A stretch of DNA of 64,000 nt from Mytilus trossulus. Lineage: Eukaryota. The translations under genes and the position numbers were made by a program. This document shows, piece after piece, positions 13,951 through 27,398 of this stretch. The notes under the pieces were generated by a model. It was given only the letters and a program-made list of their open reading frames with translations, made no database searches and had not been told where the DNA came from. Every line of letters begins with the position of its first letter. The stretch's first letter is position 1. The stretch is taken from contig NC_086373.1 in the NCBI RefSeq assembly GCF_036588685.1, positions 90,954,001 to 91,018,000 on the forward strand, written 5' to 3'.

Positions 13951-15390
13951 CAAAAATTGGTAATATGGGGTGATACCGTGAGAGTTGTTTTGGTGAGTAG
14001 GCAATTTGATAGCAGGGTGCATAAGTACGCAGCCACGTCTGGTTAGTACGAACACATTATAATCAATGCCTTCGTGCGGAAAGAAAACTACGCTCTGTAC
14101 ATATTAAAAAATCAATTGCAACAACTCCTTTATTTCTCCTTGTTGCCTGTAGCTTGGCAAAATGTCACGGTCGAATTCCTACCTCCTAGGACCTAAATTG
14201 TTGTTTGTTTATATGTTCTCACCATGGACACACATGCAATATTGGCACTTGACGTAGAGTAACACAAATCAATCAATTTATCAAGTTCTGTAAACATACA
14301 TTTGAATAAGTTTTCGGCATATAATTAGAAATTAGAAAGTTTCCAAACCATAACCTTAATGTGATGCTGTTTCACAAAACTGATCGATTTATTGCATTTT
14401 TGGACTGTTTCAGTATAACATATTACATGTATATAACCAACAAAAAACCTCAAAATTTAGAAGCAAAACATTTCAAAAACATAAATCAATGTAGACATGC
14501 AACGAAGAAATTTCTAGCCAGAACAATCGACGTAGTTTAACTGGTCGTTGAATTAACCTTTAAAACAAAACAAAATGAGATGAACGATATTGAGTCAATT
14601 AGTATGATGCTATACATAGCATGACGAAATGACATTATTAGTTTTTTTCCCATTTCCTTACTGATATGTATTTGTAGTTGTTTGAAATTGTGCGGTATCT
14701 GATCAGTATTTTCCTAAAAATTACATAACATTTGGACACAGCATTGATTAAAGCAGTTGTAACAATCAGATTTATAACAGACTTCATCGCAGGAAATCAA
14801 TATTATTTGATTAACTACACGTAACATAGACATATCTATACATAATCTGTCATGATTTCATAATACGACAGATGAATTATTTCCAAAAATAACACGGAAA
14901 TGTAAGTACTGGTCGACTAAGTAAGTATATAAGTTCTTATAGGCAACGTGGGACCTGATAATCTAACTGTGAACTATATTTATTATTACTTTGAAAGTCC
15001 TTGGTTTTTGTCATTTATTTTTAGAATTATTTTCTCCAAATAAATATTTATACGAGTATAAAAATAAAATTTATTTGATATTATAACTTAGTCCTACTAC
15101 TTCGAACTGTTCACCTACAAAACTACAATCACGTTAATTTCAAAATTGAGAAGATTTTGTCTGTCTTTCCGTTGAAAACCATGAACAGTGAACGAAAAAC
15201 GAAAAAATTAAAATGACATACATCAACAAACGACAACCAATTGAATTAATATATCATTGGCTTTCTTGTCCTTGGGGGGAGGGGGTGTTGAGCTTTCTAG
15301 ATAAGAGTAGACACATAAATGCGCTGGATGCTGGAACAGGAAAACGAAACATCTATAATAGCTTATTGTGATCCTTTGTAGACCATGAAG

Positions 15391-15522
15391 ATGGCATTTT
15401 ATATTAATATATGTTATCACTGCTGTCTAAAGAAAATGGCATTTTATATTGACATGTTCTCACTGTTATCTGAAGAAAATGGCATTTTTATATTGACATG
15501 TTCTCACTGTTGTGTAAAGAAA
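15391..15522. repeat. 43-45-bp tandem repeat x3 specific to copy 2
   Basis: atggcatttt at 15391, 15436 and 15479. Single in copies 1 and 3. Confidence 0.85.
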
Positions 15523-17984
15523 ACATGTATATGAAGTGACTTTAATGTCAAAGATGCGTTCTATAGATACACATTTAAAATAACATGAACGTACTTTATA
15601 TCAACATGATCAAGTAATCAATATTTGATTATACAAGATAATTTTTAACTGACTTTTATTATGATTGATTTGTCGTTTGTTTTATTTAATTGTAAACATC
15701 AAAATTATGTAATGTTGTCATTTCTATTCCTTCGAGACTATTTGTAACTATATAATTACGCATATTTCAGTTCATTGATGTACTTATCTATAAAATTTCC
15801 GTTCTAAATCGTGCAAGTAAGAAAAAAAGGTATGCGGTATGGATGGCCAATTTTTTCCTGAATAGTTACACGGAGTTACCATTATTTAGATTTATATCAG
15901 CTGATGTAAACTAAATTAATCCCATGAAATTTATCATCTTTTCGTGACGTTTGTCTTCAAACGATGCCTTGTGATTTGTATGGAGGACATGTACATCGTT
16001 GGAACCTACTAAGTCATACGTGAATTAAAGAGTAACGAATGGATGTTTTGTAAAACCGTTTCATGATGCTGATCAAATTGACGATTTTTTTGTATCACAC
16101 TCCGCATTGTGCACGTGATACGAGGAATACATCTTTATTCTATATGTAGATACCCATATTCGCTAGCTAAGGGTTACGATCCAATCCCCTAGCTGCTTCG
16201 TACAAAAATCAAAATATAAAATATTACTTTTACTCTCATAAGAAAAAGCAATTTACATATTATCGAAATACACAAAGTTTATATGATGGAGCTTTATTTG
16301 TTTTTTAAGTATCCATGTGATTTTTTGTTTTGACGCCGTTACTTTGAGTTAGACAATCATTGTTAACGCTTTCCTGTTTGTGATTATTAGCCATTAAACG
16401 TTTCAACAATGTTAAATTTCTAAGTCTGAGTCGACATTTCTGATGCAGATATTTTTATCCTCTGCTATATGAAACAACAATTCAGATATCGGTTTTTTTT
16501 TTTATTTCGATGTAAATCAGTAAATATGTAACGTATAAACTGTCTATATAATATTAATATCTCATTGATATGTTGCGTTTTGTTATTCATCCTTTCACAC
16601 ATTAGGAGACAGACTACTTATGTTAGTATAACTATTATAATTAAAAGTTACCCGTAAAAGCTGTATTACAGATTGTATGATATTTTATAACGGGATCTCA
16701 TGATATCATGAAATCTAACATTTAGACAATTAGGTTGATACTCCCACTGTCGTAAGATGGTATCAGTCTTAAACACATTATATTTCATTGGTCGACTGTT
16801 TAAGACATTATGGAACCATTTAACCCTATATTTAGCGTTACTCCTTTTCCTTTAATATCCATAATCCAAGTTGCCATTTTGATTGTTAAGATGTCTATGA
16901 AACCCGTTTCATGGGTGATTGCCTGCCAAGCAGCTATATAAAGTAACTTTGTCTAACGTATTAGACAGAAGCAGCGGGAATATCTGTTTTCAAAGTCATG
17001 TAATATCTGTTACTATCTCTAGTAGTCATCTTAGCTGTAAATTGACTGATTGTACTCTATTCCTGATTGTGAAATATTGCATGGAAATGCGTGGGGTGGT
17101 AAAACGTCTTTTTTTACTCACTTCTTCCTTTCAATATTGGTCAATTGCAAAGCAAAAAGAGTACACTAAAAAAAAGGGGGAATATCAATTTTACATTTAA
17201 AAAAACAACCTCAAAAGAACCATTAACATTAAGTTGTACGCTTACGTGCTATGTTAAAGTTTTTAAAATTTCAAATACTAATAAACTGTCCCAATATTGA
17301 TTTTAAAGATACATGAAACGCGTCTGCTGTAATTAGAAAGAAATATAATATTTTAAAGCAAATAAAAAATATCATATGTTTTACTGTATTTTCCACGGTC
17401 ACTACAACCTTATGTACCATAATCGAATAATGTGTCACTCGTATCATACTATTGGTATTAATGAGCAGCAAGTACTCTATTTCATTCTTACTTAACCTAA
17501 ATATTTGAAATCAATGCGTTTATCTTCATCAAATTAGTTGTTAACGGCAGATTGCAGGAATCATGCAACTGTGATTACATAACAGTAGTCGAGTTAAATG
17601 TGATATCTAGTTTCCATAATCTAATCACCATTCCTTAATGAAAACTAATACTAAATTACGTTTAAAAATTACTTTATTCACCGAGCATGCTTTGATAATT
17701 GAACGCAACAGAGCACATATTGAACAAATCACTTCAACAGTTAAATGAGTAAAGAAATTACCAAACATCTACCGCTGATGGTCGAATATAATGTGTCCCG
17801 AGGGTGTCATAGCCAATGACTAAATACTGTGGACTGGCATGCTTGAAATCACACAGTTTGTATATAAGTTTTCTAGTTGATGAAATCTTAATCTTCGGTC
17901 TCAACTCCTTTGTGAAAAGTATATCTACAAAGCTTTGATAATGCTGGTTACACCCTTTTGAATATTTTATTTTAATTAATACGG

Positions 17985-18280
17985 ACTCGTCTGACTGTTC
18001 TGATTATTCCGTTGATTATTCTATTTTCATCACTATGGATGTTCTGTTTACACTCTTATGACCGTTCTATTTATTATTTTGATTGTTATTTTTACAACAT
18101 TTTTGACTGTTCTGTTTATTGTTTTGATTGTTCTGTTTACATCATTTTTGATGTGCTGTTTAGACTCTTTTGAATGTTCTGTTTCCACTCATGTTCTGTT
18201 TACAATATTTTCAGTTTTCTGTTATTCCTCTATGATGTTCTGTTTAGACTCTTCTGACTGTTATGTTTAGACCCTTTTGA
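17985..18280. repeat. Degenerate ~21-22-bp minisatellite (tgttctgtttagactcttttga); homologue at 28240-28460
   Basis: Repeated ctgttctgttta / gactcttttga motifs. Confidence 0.75.
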
Positions 18281-19604
18281 ATCTTGTGAACTTTAACGTT
18301 TTATGTCTTGCTTTTCAAGCTTTAGTGTCGAGTGTATGCTACGAAGGTGATTCCAGTAAAACGTATCATATCTCTGTGTTTTCTATACAGTTGTGCTGCA
18401 CGACTAGAACTTAACTTTATATTTGATTGATAGTCCGCATTCGTGACAATTTTAGATTCCATATGTTGTTTATTTAATCAAGGCTACAAATGAAAGTAAC
18501 GTTTTGAATAAACCGGAAATAGATGTACTTGATCGTAATTATATTGATGGGTATCTAGCAATGTTGTTAAAAAAATCTTTCAAATGACACTGAAAGTAAC
18601 TTATATCAACAGGAAGTAATTGTTAAAAAAAAATCAAACGACCAATAAGATTTAACTGATGGAATAAAAGCTATCGTGTGGTACCGGGAAGGATTTGATG
18701 TTGATCTGAAATAGCCATTTTGCTTTATTGTGTGGACGATTTTTTAGATTCAATGTTGCAAATGCTTTTATGACTGTGATACTAAACTCTTAAACTTTTT
18801 AGATCTAATGTTCTGGTAGCTTTAAATGGCGCACGAATAAACTATTTTTTGATAACTGGAAGTACCCACTTTACCTTTGATAAGTTAATTATTCTGACTA
18901 TGTTGAACATCAATAATGAAATTCGACTTTTTGTTTAAAGTAATTTGGTTTTTTTTGTATTGAAAATCATCTTAACAATACAAACTTTAGTCATGTCTTC
19001 TATTTCATTTTATTTGCATATGTGTAATCAAACATATCTTCCAGAAACGATACAACAAAATAAATGTCTTCAGACAGTGTCTCACCCTAGAGACTACTCA
19101 AAAGTGATGGTACTCTCATCGAGACTACCATGATAGATTTGTATCGAAACTGTGTTGTCTACGTAAGCTAATTTCTAGTAGACATTTGTCAAAAGAAAAA
19201 CAAAAAATCTATATCAAAATCAAGAAATGTGTATTTGCTTGTCAATTAGACAACTATCCACTAAAACAAACGAGTTGAAAAGCTAGTCATTTTATATTTA
19301 ACAATGGGCCCAAATTTAAACGTTTTAACGTTACACCTTTAACAATGAGCTAAAACGTCAAGAAAGTAAGCTATGTATTGACACCATTAGACTATTAACA
19401 ATTAGCAAAGATCCGTTTCAGAAAATAAACTATATTTTTACATCAAAATGGTAAACAATGACTTTCGGTCTTATTTCAATCAATATCTAATATAAGAACA
19501 AGAACTGATGCAACTGATATCCAAAACAGAGACCAATACAAAAAATGTTGCTCTTGCCAGGACAAATTAACTTTTCAATGGGAGTATGAAACGGTATGGC
19601 AGCT

Positions 19605-19760
19605 CAGGCCCGTAGCCAGGAATTTCCCAGGGGGGATCGTTGGACTCACAAACTCGACTTAAACAATCACAATTCGAACAGAACATTGACTTTAACAGTG
19701 CTTATTTGTTTTCAAGGGGGGGTCGTCCGAACCCCCCGAACCCCCCTGGCTACGGGTATG
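19605..19760. mobile_element. Short hAT-like MITE
   Basis: TIRs caggcccgtagccagg / cctggctacgggtatg. Absent from the homologous site in copy 3 (~29680). Confidence 0.75.
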
Positions 19761-20810
19761 CTGGCTTTATGAGAGATAACCCCTTTGTATAGTATATGAG
19801 AAATCATACATGTAGGTTACATGTTGTCATTTATAAAGATACTTGATACATGTATGTAAAACTGAGAACGGAAATGGGGAATATATAAAAGACACAACAA
19901 CCAGACCAATTATACCAGCCGAAGGCCTCCAATGTATCTTCGACACAGAGAGAAATCCCGCAACGGAGGCGGGTTTCAGATCAACCCTAAATAAAATGTG
20001 TACTAGGTCTGTGAGTGTAGACCTCATACTAATCTCCAAAATATAAAAAAAGAACTAAAATTTAAAAAAAACCAGAGACTCCCTTCTTATGACAGGCTCA
20101 AACATGGGTTTGTATAACATGTTTTGTGAGATGTGTAAATGAAGAAAAGAAACGCAACCTAAGGTCGAGATTCAGACAAGCTTGAAGACGTCAGATTTAT
20201 TTTTTGTTTTCTAAGTGGGTCCGTTTGTCAATGACTTACAGTTATGAATTTCGGTCGGTATTTATTTTTATAGAAAAGTCTGTGTTAACATTCTTCCCTC
20301 ATCAATGTCAATGCATTATGGAAACCTTGTAAAATAGTTCTTTGTTTGTTTAAAACAATTGTAAAGCTTGCTTTCACAATAATTGTTCGTTGCCTTCAAT
20401 ACGAGTCATTTCATTCGATTCGATAGTTATTATCAGGGAATCGCACTTTGGCAAGACCATACCAACTTCCTATAAATTGTGTAAGATAAGGCGCCAATCT
20501 AAAATCCTTGTTCATGGTATTAAGTCAGAATGACATTATCAAACGTTATTTATTCAGTTCTGTAAATCTGAGAATAAAGTAAGATAATAAATTCCAATTC
20601 AGTCTGGTTGCATAACATTTATTCCTTTGTTAAATGACAGTATATTGTTTTAAAAAAAAATGTACAAGTCCTGATTCTGCAGATGTGGGTATTTGCCCGA
20701 CTTATCTGTGACCCTAAAGTGTACTACCATTAAAACGAAAACGGAATTAAGAGAGTGAGAGATTAAGTTTAAAAAAAATTTAGAATGACAACTGTTTTCT
20801 TTTTTACACT

Positions 20811-21055
20811 TTTGTTTTAATTGTGAACGCATGTGCGTTCGATTCAGAGAAGTCATAAACAACCCAAAACACGGTTGTTTTAAGTGTGAACGCATGTGCG
20901 TTCGATTCAGAGAAGTCACCAACAACCAAAAACACGTTTGTTTTAAGTGTGAACGCGTGTGCGTTCGATTCATAAAAGTCATCGACAACTAAAAACACGT
21001 TTGTTTTAAGTGTGAACGCATGTGCGTTCGATTCAGAGAATTCATCGACAACTAG
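20811..21055. repeat. 63-bp minisatellite x4 with internal palindrome
   Basis: gaacgcatgtgcgttc-type core at 20825, 20888, 20951 and 21014. Confidence 0.95.
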
Positions 21056-24000
21056 AAATACTTCTTAAGTCAATAAGATCTATCAGCATCATGTCTTGTC
21101 AAGAATGTTTCCTCAGTGACTTAACAATTTAGTTCTACTCGAGTTTAAATACATTTAAGACGCCAACTTAATCACAGAGTATACATAGTTATTTAGTTTT
21201 TATTTCTAGATGACAGACTAGTTCTTCAATTTTGCATTATCAAATATACGTGTATCTAGACAAATGTTTTTACTGGTAATATCAAATCCTCCAATAATAA
21301 TATACCACTTGTACATGTTGTAATAGCCGAGAATATTATCGAATAACTGTTTTGTGTCTATAACGCCTCGAAGAAAAGAACTGCAATTTAATAAAGACAG
21401 TATTACATTAAGATTTTAAAACGATAGATAAATTGGTTTTGGTACTTTATTCTTATGGAACTAATATAAAATAACACGATACAGCTTTTCTATTTGAAAC
21501 CTTTATAGATGACGCTTTGATTAAGTAGTAAATGTGCTATGGCTATGAGTGAAATGTTCGTAGTTCAGTTTTAGGATTGCATTATAAGTTTTACATGGTA
21601 CTTATAACATAAAGCAATAATATCCTTACGTTAAGAACTTATGAGTGTTGAGTTTGAAATTATAGAGGAAAGCATAAGAAAGATTTGTCCCCGTTATGTG
21701 TGTGCAGCCGACGCACATTTTGTCTAGAGAAAAGACTCATCAGTGGCACTGGAATCAAAAAAGTTAAAAAGCCCAAAAGAGGACGAATTTGAGAAGCAGA
21801 GACGATATGAAATTACAAAACGTTTTGTCTTGGACGTTTGACTTACATATAATGTACGTCCTTGGTTTTGCATAATGCAGATAAGCTATTTCTGGGTTAA
21901 AAATCTTGTGTTTTTTTCTTTTTTTTTACATTCACCTCATTTCCTTCTTCCCAAAGAAAAAAAATACACTCAAACTTATATCAGAAAAAAGACCAGATAT
22001 CGTGATAATCATAGTCGCATTTTTCACCACACAAGAGTCATGGATATTGTTTACTTATTTCTATGATAAAGTTAATTGATATGAGCTTTGAAATAATTTT
22101 CTCTTACATAGAATGTACGATGAACAAAATAACATCTTTGTAAGTAACAGTTTTTCATTAAGTAATGAATGTCCGTTGGTCCATATATACGACTGGGAAC
22201 ATAATATTAATAAAGTAACTTGAACTCACTTTGATCAATCAAATATAAAAGATTGAAACAAACCAGGCTTCAACTATAATGCTGAGTGATTGTGGTTATA
22301 TGTGTAGTCAAACAAGTATAGTTACGTCAAGAACAAAATTATAATGATTCCATATACTAAAAGTCTCGTGAGAAATGAACTGACTGTTATTACGTCATTC
22401 ACATTGCGTTTTACTTATCAAGTTCTTTCAGTTATCAGTTTATAGTTTGAAACATGTCAATTTTTAATTAATTTGTGTTATTTGACTCAAAAAAATACAA
22501 AAGTAAGAACGCACTTTTGAAAGTACTGATACCGTATACCGCATGCACTTTTATTACTAAAATTGTTTGGTAGTGTAAAACATAATAGTTAGAGATTTTG
22601 ACAGGTTTCATTGCGTGAAATACTTAGGTTTTTTTTTGTCACCTATACCCAAGAGGTTTCACTACAGAAACAATTGGAAAGTATTAAAAGCTGTTTTTAG
22701 TTTATAGAACCTGTCTCTACAAAAACAACTCTGCCTCCCAGTCAAGCTTATTACGGTATTTGGTGAAATTGCGCGTCTGGTATGATCAATGTTATCAGGC
22801 TTGAAATTTTTATGAGTTTTTTAGAGTAAATTCTACAAAAAGTACATTCACGAATCACGCTAAACCACAAAGTTCAACTCACCTAACTAATTTATAGGAA
22901 ATGGAACCTCATATCGAATCGAAAAAAGAAAAAAAAATGTTTAATTTTACAATAAACCTCAATTATTATTGGTGATAAATTTTCCCTTCAACACTAAATT
23001 GGATTAAATCTTGATGAAATGTTTTCTAAATACAAAATACAACTCAACAACTATCATCGAACTTGATTATTGGTAGCATTTGTGCTTTACACTTCAAACA
23101 AACTCTTACGGTAAACTTTAAGAATACATTTTCTTCCAAAGATTACTAAAAATATTAAATGTAAATTATTTCCACAAACGCTTATTTAGCAATAAATTGT
23201 ATTGAAAGCAAATATTGTTAGAAACCTAACTTATTTGAAATAACGATATCAAAGTTTGGTAAAAGATAGAAATCACTGGAAAAAGTCTAAAACATTACAT
23301 GGTGACACGTTGGATGCTGGAACAGGATAACGAAGCTTCTTTAGCTTATTGTGATCCTTAGTAGATTAGGAAATTTGCATTTTCTATATGGATTTGCACA
23401 CTGCTGTCTAAGAAGTCTAAGAAAACATGTATTTGAAGTGACATTTATGTCAAAGATATGTTCCACAGATACACTTTTGAAATAACATGAAAGTACATCA
23501 TATCAAGTCATCAATATTTGATTAAACAAGATAGTTTTTAATTGACTTTTATTGTGAGTGATTTGTCGTATGTTTCATTTAATGCAACCATCAAAATTAT
23601 GTAATGTTTTCATTCCTATTCCTTCGAGACTATCTGTAAATATATAATTACGCATAATTCAGTTCATTTATGTACTTTTAAATCAAATTTCCGATCCAAA
23701 TCGTGCAATTTGGAGGAAAAGGTATGCGGTTTGGAAATATTGTTTGCCGAGTAGCCATTACTTAGATTAATATCAGCTGATGTAAAGTAAAAGAATAATT
23801 ACAAGAAAATTGTCTTCTTTACGTGATGTTTGTCTCTTAACGATGCCTTGTGATTTGTATGGAGGAAATTATATAGTAGCAGTTTGGTCGACAAAATTCA
23901 TACAGCCGATCACAAGTGTAGCAATGCCCTATGTTGCAGTCGTCAGTATTTATTAAAACTTATAAACGCTATATTTCAGTTACAGAAGCAGCCATTGTTG

Positions 24001-25860
24001 ACAGCATTTCAACCTTTAATACTAGTACGTCTTTAAATCATCAACTTATAATTTACCTTAAATAAGTTTGGTTTCAGTTGGAGCAGGATCTCGCTCAAAT
24101 ACATAAGAACTGATTTTGGGGGATAATATCCCGTCTTTCGTAAAGCTTGAAGTCATGTAAATATTATTCGGTATCAAAAGCAGTGATATATTAGGAATCC
24201 CCTTTTTAAAATTTGATATAGTTGCTTGATGTTACCACTATATTCTATTTATACATTTTGTAGTTACAAATATCAGACAAGTTGCCCTCGATGTCATCCT
24301 CAGATAAACGTGACAAAAAGACTGCTCTGACTATGATTTGATCATTGTCTGAACAGAATTTCAGAGTAGAATATTATTCATAATGGATGTTAGATGATTG
24401 TAAAATCTCACACTATAGGCAAAGCAAGGGAAAATAGTGGAAAAAAAGTTATTCAAAAAGGATGACGTCATTTTTCAAAACATTTCGTCAAATCTAAGAT
24501 GCAATGTTACTTTAATCTGTTTGACCTTTAATAGAGTCAACACAATCTAAAATATCACTCATACTCTCATCAGAAAATGTAATTTTCATATCTTTGAAAT
24601 ACACAAAGATTATATAATGGAGCTTTATTTGTTTTTAAGTACCCATTTATGGTATTGACGACATTACTTTAAGTATGACAATTATTGTGAATGCTTTTTT
24701 GTTTGTGATTATTAAAAATTAAGCGTTGCAAGAATGTTAAGTTTGTAACCCTGAGTCGACCAACTTCGATGCAGATATTTTATATATTCTTTGATATAAC
24801 ATTTCAGAAAAGAGTATTTCTTTAATTCAATGTAAATGTAAATGTGTATAGTGACAACTATCTCTATCCTATTAATATCTTATATCGGTGTTGCGTTTTG
24901 TTATTCATCATTCTTTCACACATTAGGAATCAAACTACTTATGTAAGTATATCTTTTATGATCCAAAAGTAGACATTAAAGCCGTACTACAGATTGCATG
25001 ATATTTTATGTCGGGCTATCATACATTTAGACATTTGATTTTATACTCCCAATGCCGTAAGATGCTATCAGTCTTAAACACATTATATTCCGTCGGTCGA
25101 CTTTACGATAAGGACATCATGTAATCATTTAACACTACACTTTTGCCTCCAATATCAATAATCAAAGTTGCCATTTTGATTGTTAAGATGTCTATGAAAC
25201 ACGTTTCCTGGGTGACATTGCCTGCCAAGCAGCTATATAAGGTAACTTTGTCTAATATATCAAACAGAAGTATTGGGAATATCTGCTTTCCAAGTCTTGT
25301 AATATCTGTAACTATCTCTAATACTTGTCTGATCTGTAAATTAACTGATTACATATTCTATGCCCGATTGTGAATCATTGACTCGGTGCTTGTATTCGCA
25401 TAGCACAGCAGGTGCCGATTTCCGGTTAAGCTTCTTTAGGAATTCATGCACCTCCCGTAATTTGTGTTGTTGTTTGTTAACTTGACTAATATCTTCTAAA
25501 TGTGAATATGAGATGTGAACATCGAAAAACTACTGATGCCTTTAATTTATTAGTGACAATACTACTTTTATAAATGTATATATGGTCTACACTCCAAAGA
25601 AAGAGCATCGCACCAAAACAAAAAACGGAATAAAGAGACATCTATATACCAACCTTATTATCATCTTCATTAGACAAGTATTAAGGTATAATAGCCGACA
25701 ATATATACAAGTTGAGAAACAGATACTACAAAAGATATGCAGTCATCAGCACTATTCTAGGAATATTTTGAAAAAAAATATGTTTTACAGCTACTTTCAA
25801 AATTTCTGGCTAGACAGTCACATTGAAATGGTCAAACGAGTTTTGATTACCCACTTCTTA

Positions 25861-27398
25861 GGCCGTGTTCACACCGAACGCCGTGTAGAGTAAACATGTT
25901 TACAATTAGATTAGTGTAGTGTACACTGGTTTCACATTACATTTGTTCACATCTATACATCCTGTTAAGCTACCTGTACATAAGATTTGTTCCCACTTGT
26001 AAACTAAATGTCATTTGAATGTTCATTACGTAGAACTGAATTCAAAATTTTTAGACAACTTTTCTAGCGGTAAGGGAACAACCATTTGATTTCAAAAGGG
26101 GGGTGGGGTGGGAATGGAAATATTCCGATCCCCAATTTGATAAAAAAAAATGGTCATACAGATAATAAAAAAAATATTCTAAATCAAGAGTTTCCCCATA
26201 CATTAAAGTGTTAAATATTGAAAAAAAAGTATTGGATCACCAGCATCGAAAAAAAGGAATAAAAGCGTACGAGCGAAAACAAATCTGACTTACATAAAAA
26301 AAAAAAAAAAAAAAATCCCCCTTTTTTTTTAAAGTTAAGTGGTTGCTACTTAATGAAATCCATTTTTATAATTTGCAGTAGTTTGAATAAATTAGAGATG
26401 TTTCGATTACGCATTAGAAAACGTTAGCTATAGCAGGGTGCTTTCAGCCGAAAAAAAAGATTGAGATATTAGGGATCACTACCTTTTTATCTTTTCTGTT
26501 AGTTTCAAATGGTATTTCTTCTCCAAGGAGTATTTGGTAAAGGAATAGGGTAACGTTTTTTTTTATTCATTTTAAGTGTAACTAAACGGATCTGAGATAC
26601 TAGACAAACATATCATTTACCTCACACTTTTTAGTCATGCATTTATGCATGAATCGTTGTTTGAGTAAAGACCATTGGCGAATATTTTTGTGTATGTCAA
26701 GTCGATTCGGGAAGACCTTTTCAAAAAAATTAGGCAGCAACTATTTACTTCATTTTTTGTGGAGGGGGAGCGGAGGTAGGGGGCGTGAGCTATTAATTTT
26801 ATTCGGGACAAATTTTGGTGACAAGTCGAAATCAATTTAAGCATTATATATAGTGGCAGCTGAGGGTGAAACAAACAAAAAAAATTTCAGGGCCAAAAAC
26901 TTGAATTATTTTTTTGTTTCCAATACAAAATTCATAGCTCACCACCCCACCCCCTTGCCTTTATGTTTTATACTTAACTATAAATCCCCCCCCCCCCGAA
27001 AATCAATTGGTTGCTGCCTTATGGGTTCGGAAATGATGCTGCTTTGAGTCTTGATCAGAGGTTAATAAAGTATGTTATTTTTTTTTAACAAAAAAAATCT
27101 GTAAAATTTAGACAACAATTTCAAAAAGAACTATACTAATAACTATCAAAAATATCAATTTAACTCAAAAATAGTTTCCTTCTTAAATATATACACGGTA
27201 AAACTAATGTCCTAAATGCCTAGTTTTGTGTACACTTAACCTACACAAGGCCTACATTGACTATCGACTGTGTGTAAATAAAACATGATTTAAACTACAT
27301 GTAAACATTGAGTTTTATCAATGGGAACGCAATTGTGTTTAGTTTACGTGTGAGTTACACTAACACAACACCGAATTTAGGTCAATGTGAACACGGCC
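25861..27398. mobile_element. PIF/Harbinger-type non-autonomous element with two nested MITEs
   Basis: TTA|ggccgtgttcaca … tgtgaacacggcc|TTA. Nested TIR elements at ~26074-26349 and 26733-27018 (TTA|ggcagcaac…gttgctgcc|TTA). Confidence 0.85.

Larger units (their letters stand above)
14266..23230. repeat. Tandem segmental unit, copy 2
   Basis: Starts with aaatcaatcaatt..aagttctgtaaa as at 6676, and has the same block order as copies 1 and 3. Confidence 0.9.

Noticed and set aside
20811-21055. CRISPR-like array (regularly spaced palindromic repeats)
   Set aside because: The whole 63-bp unit repeats, there are no unique spacers or cas genes, and the context is eukaryotic.
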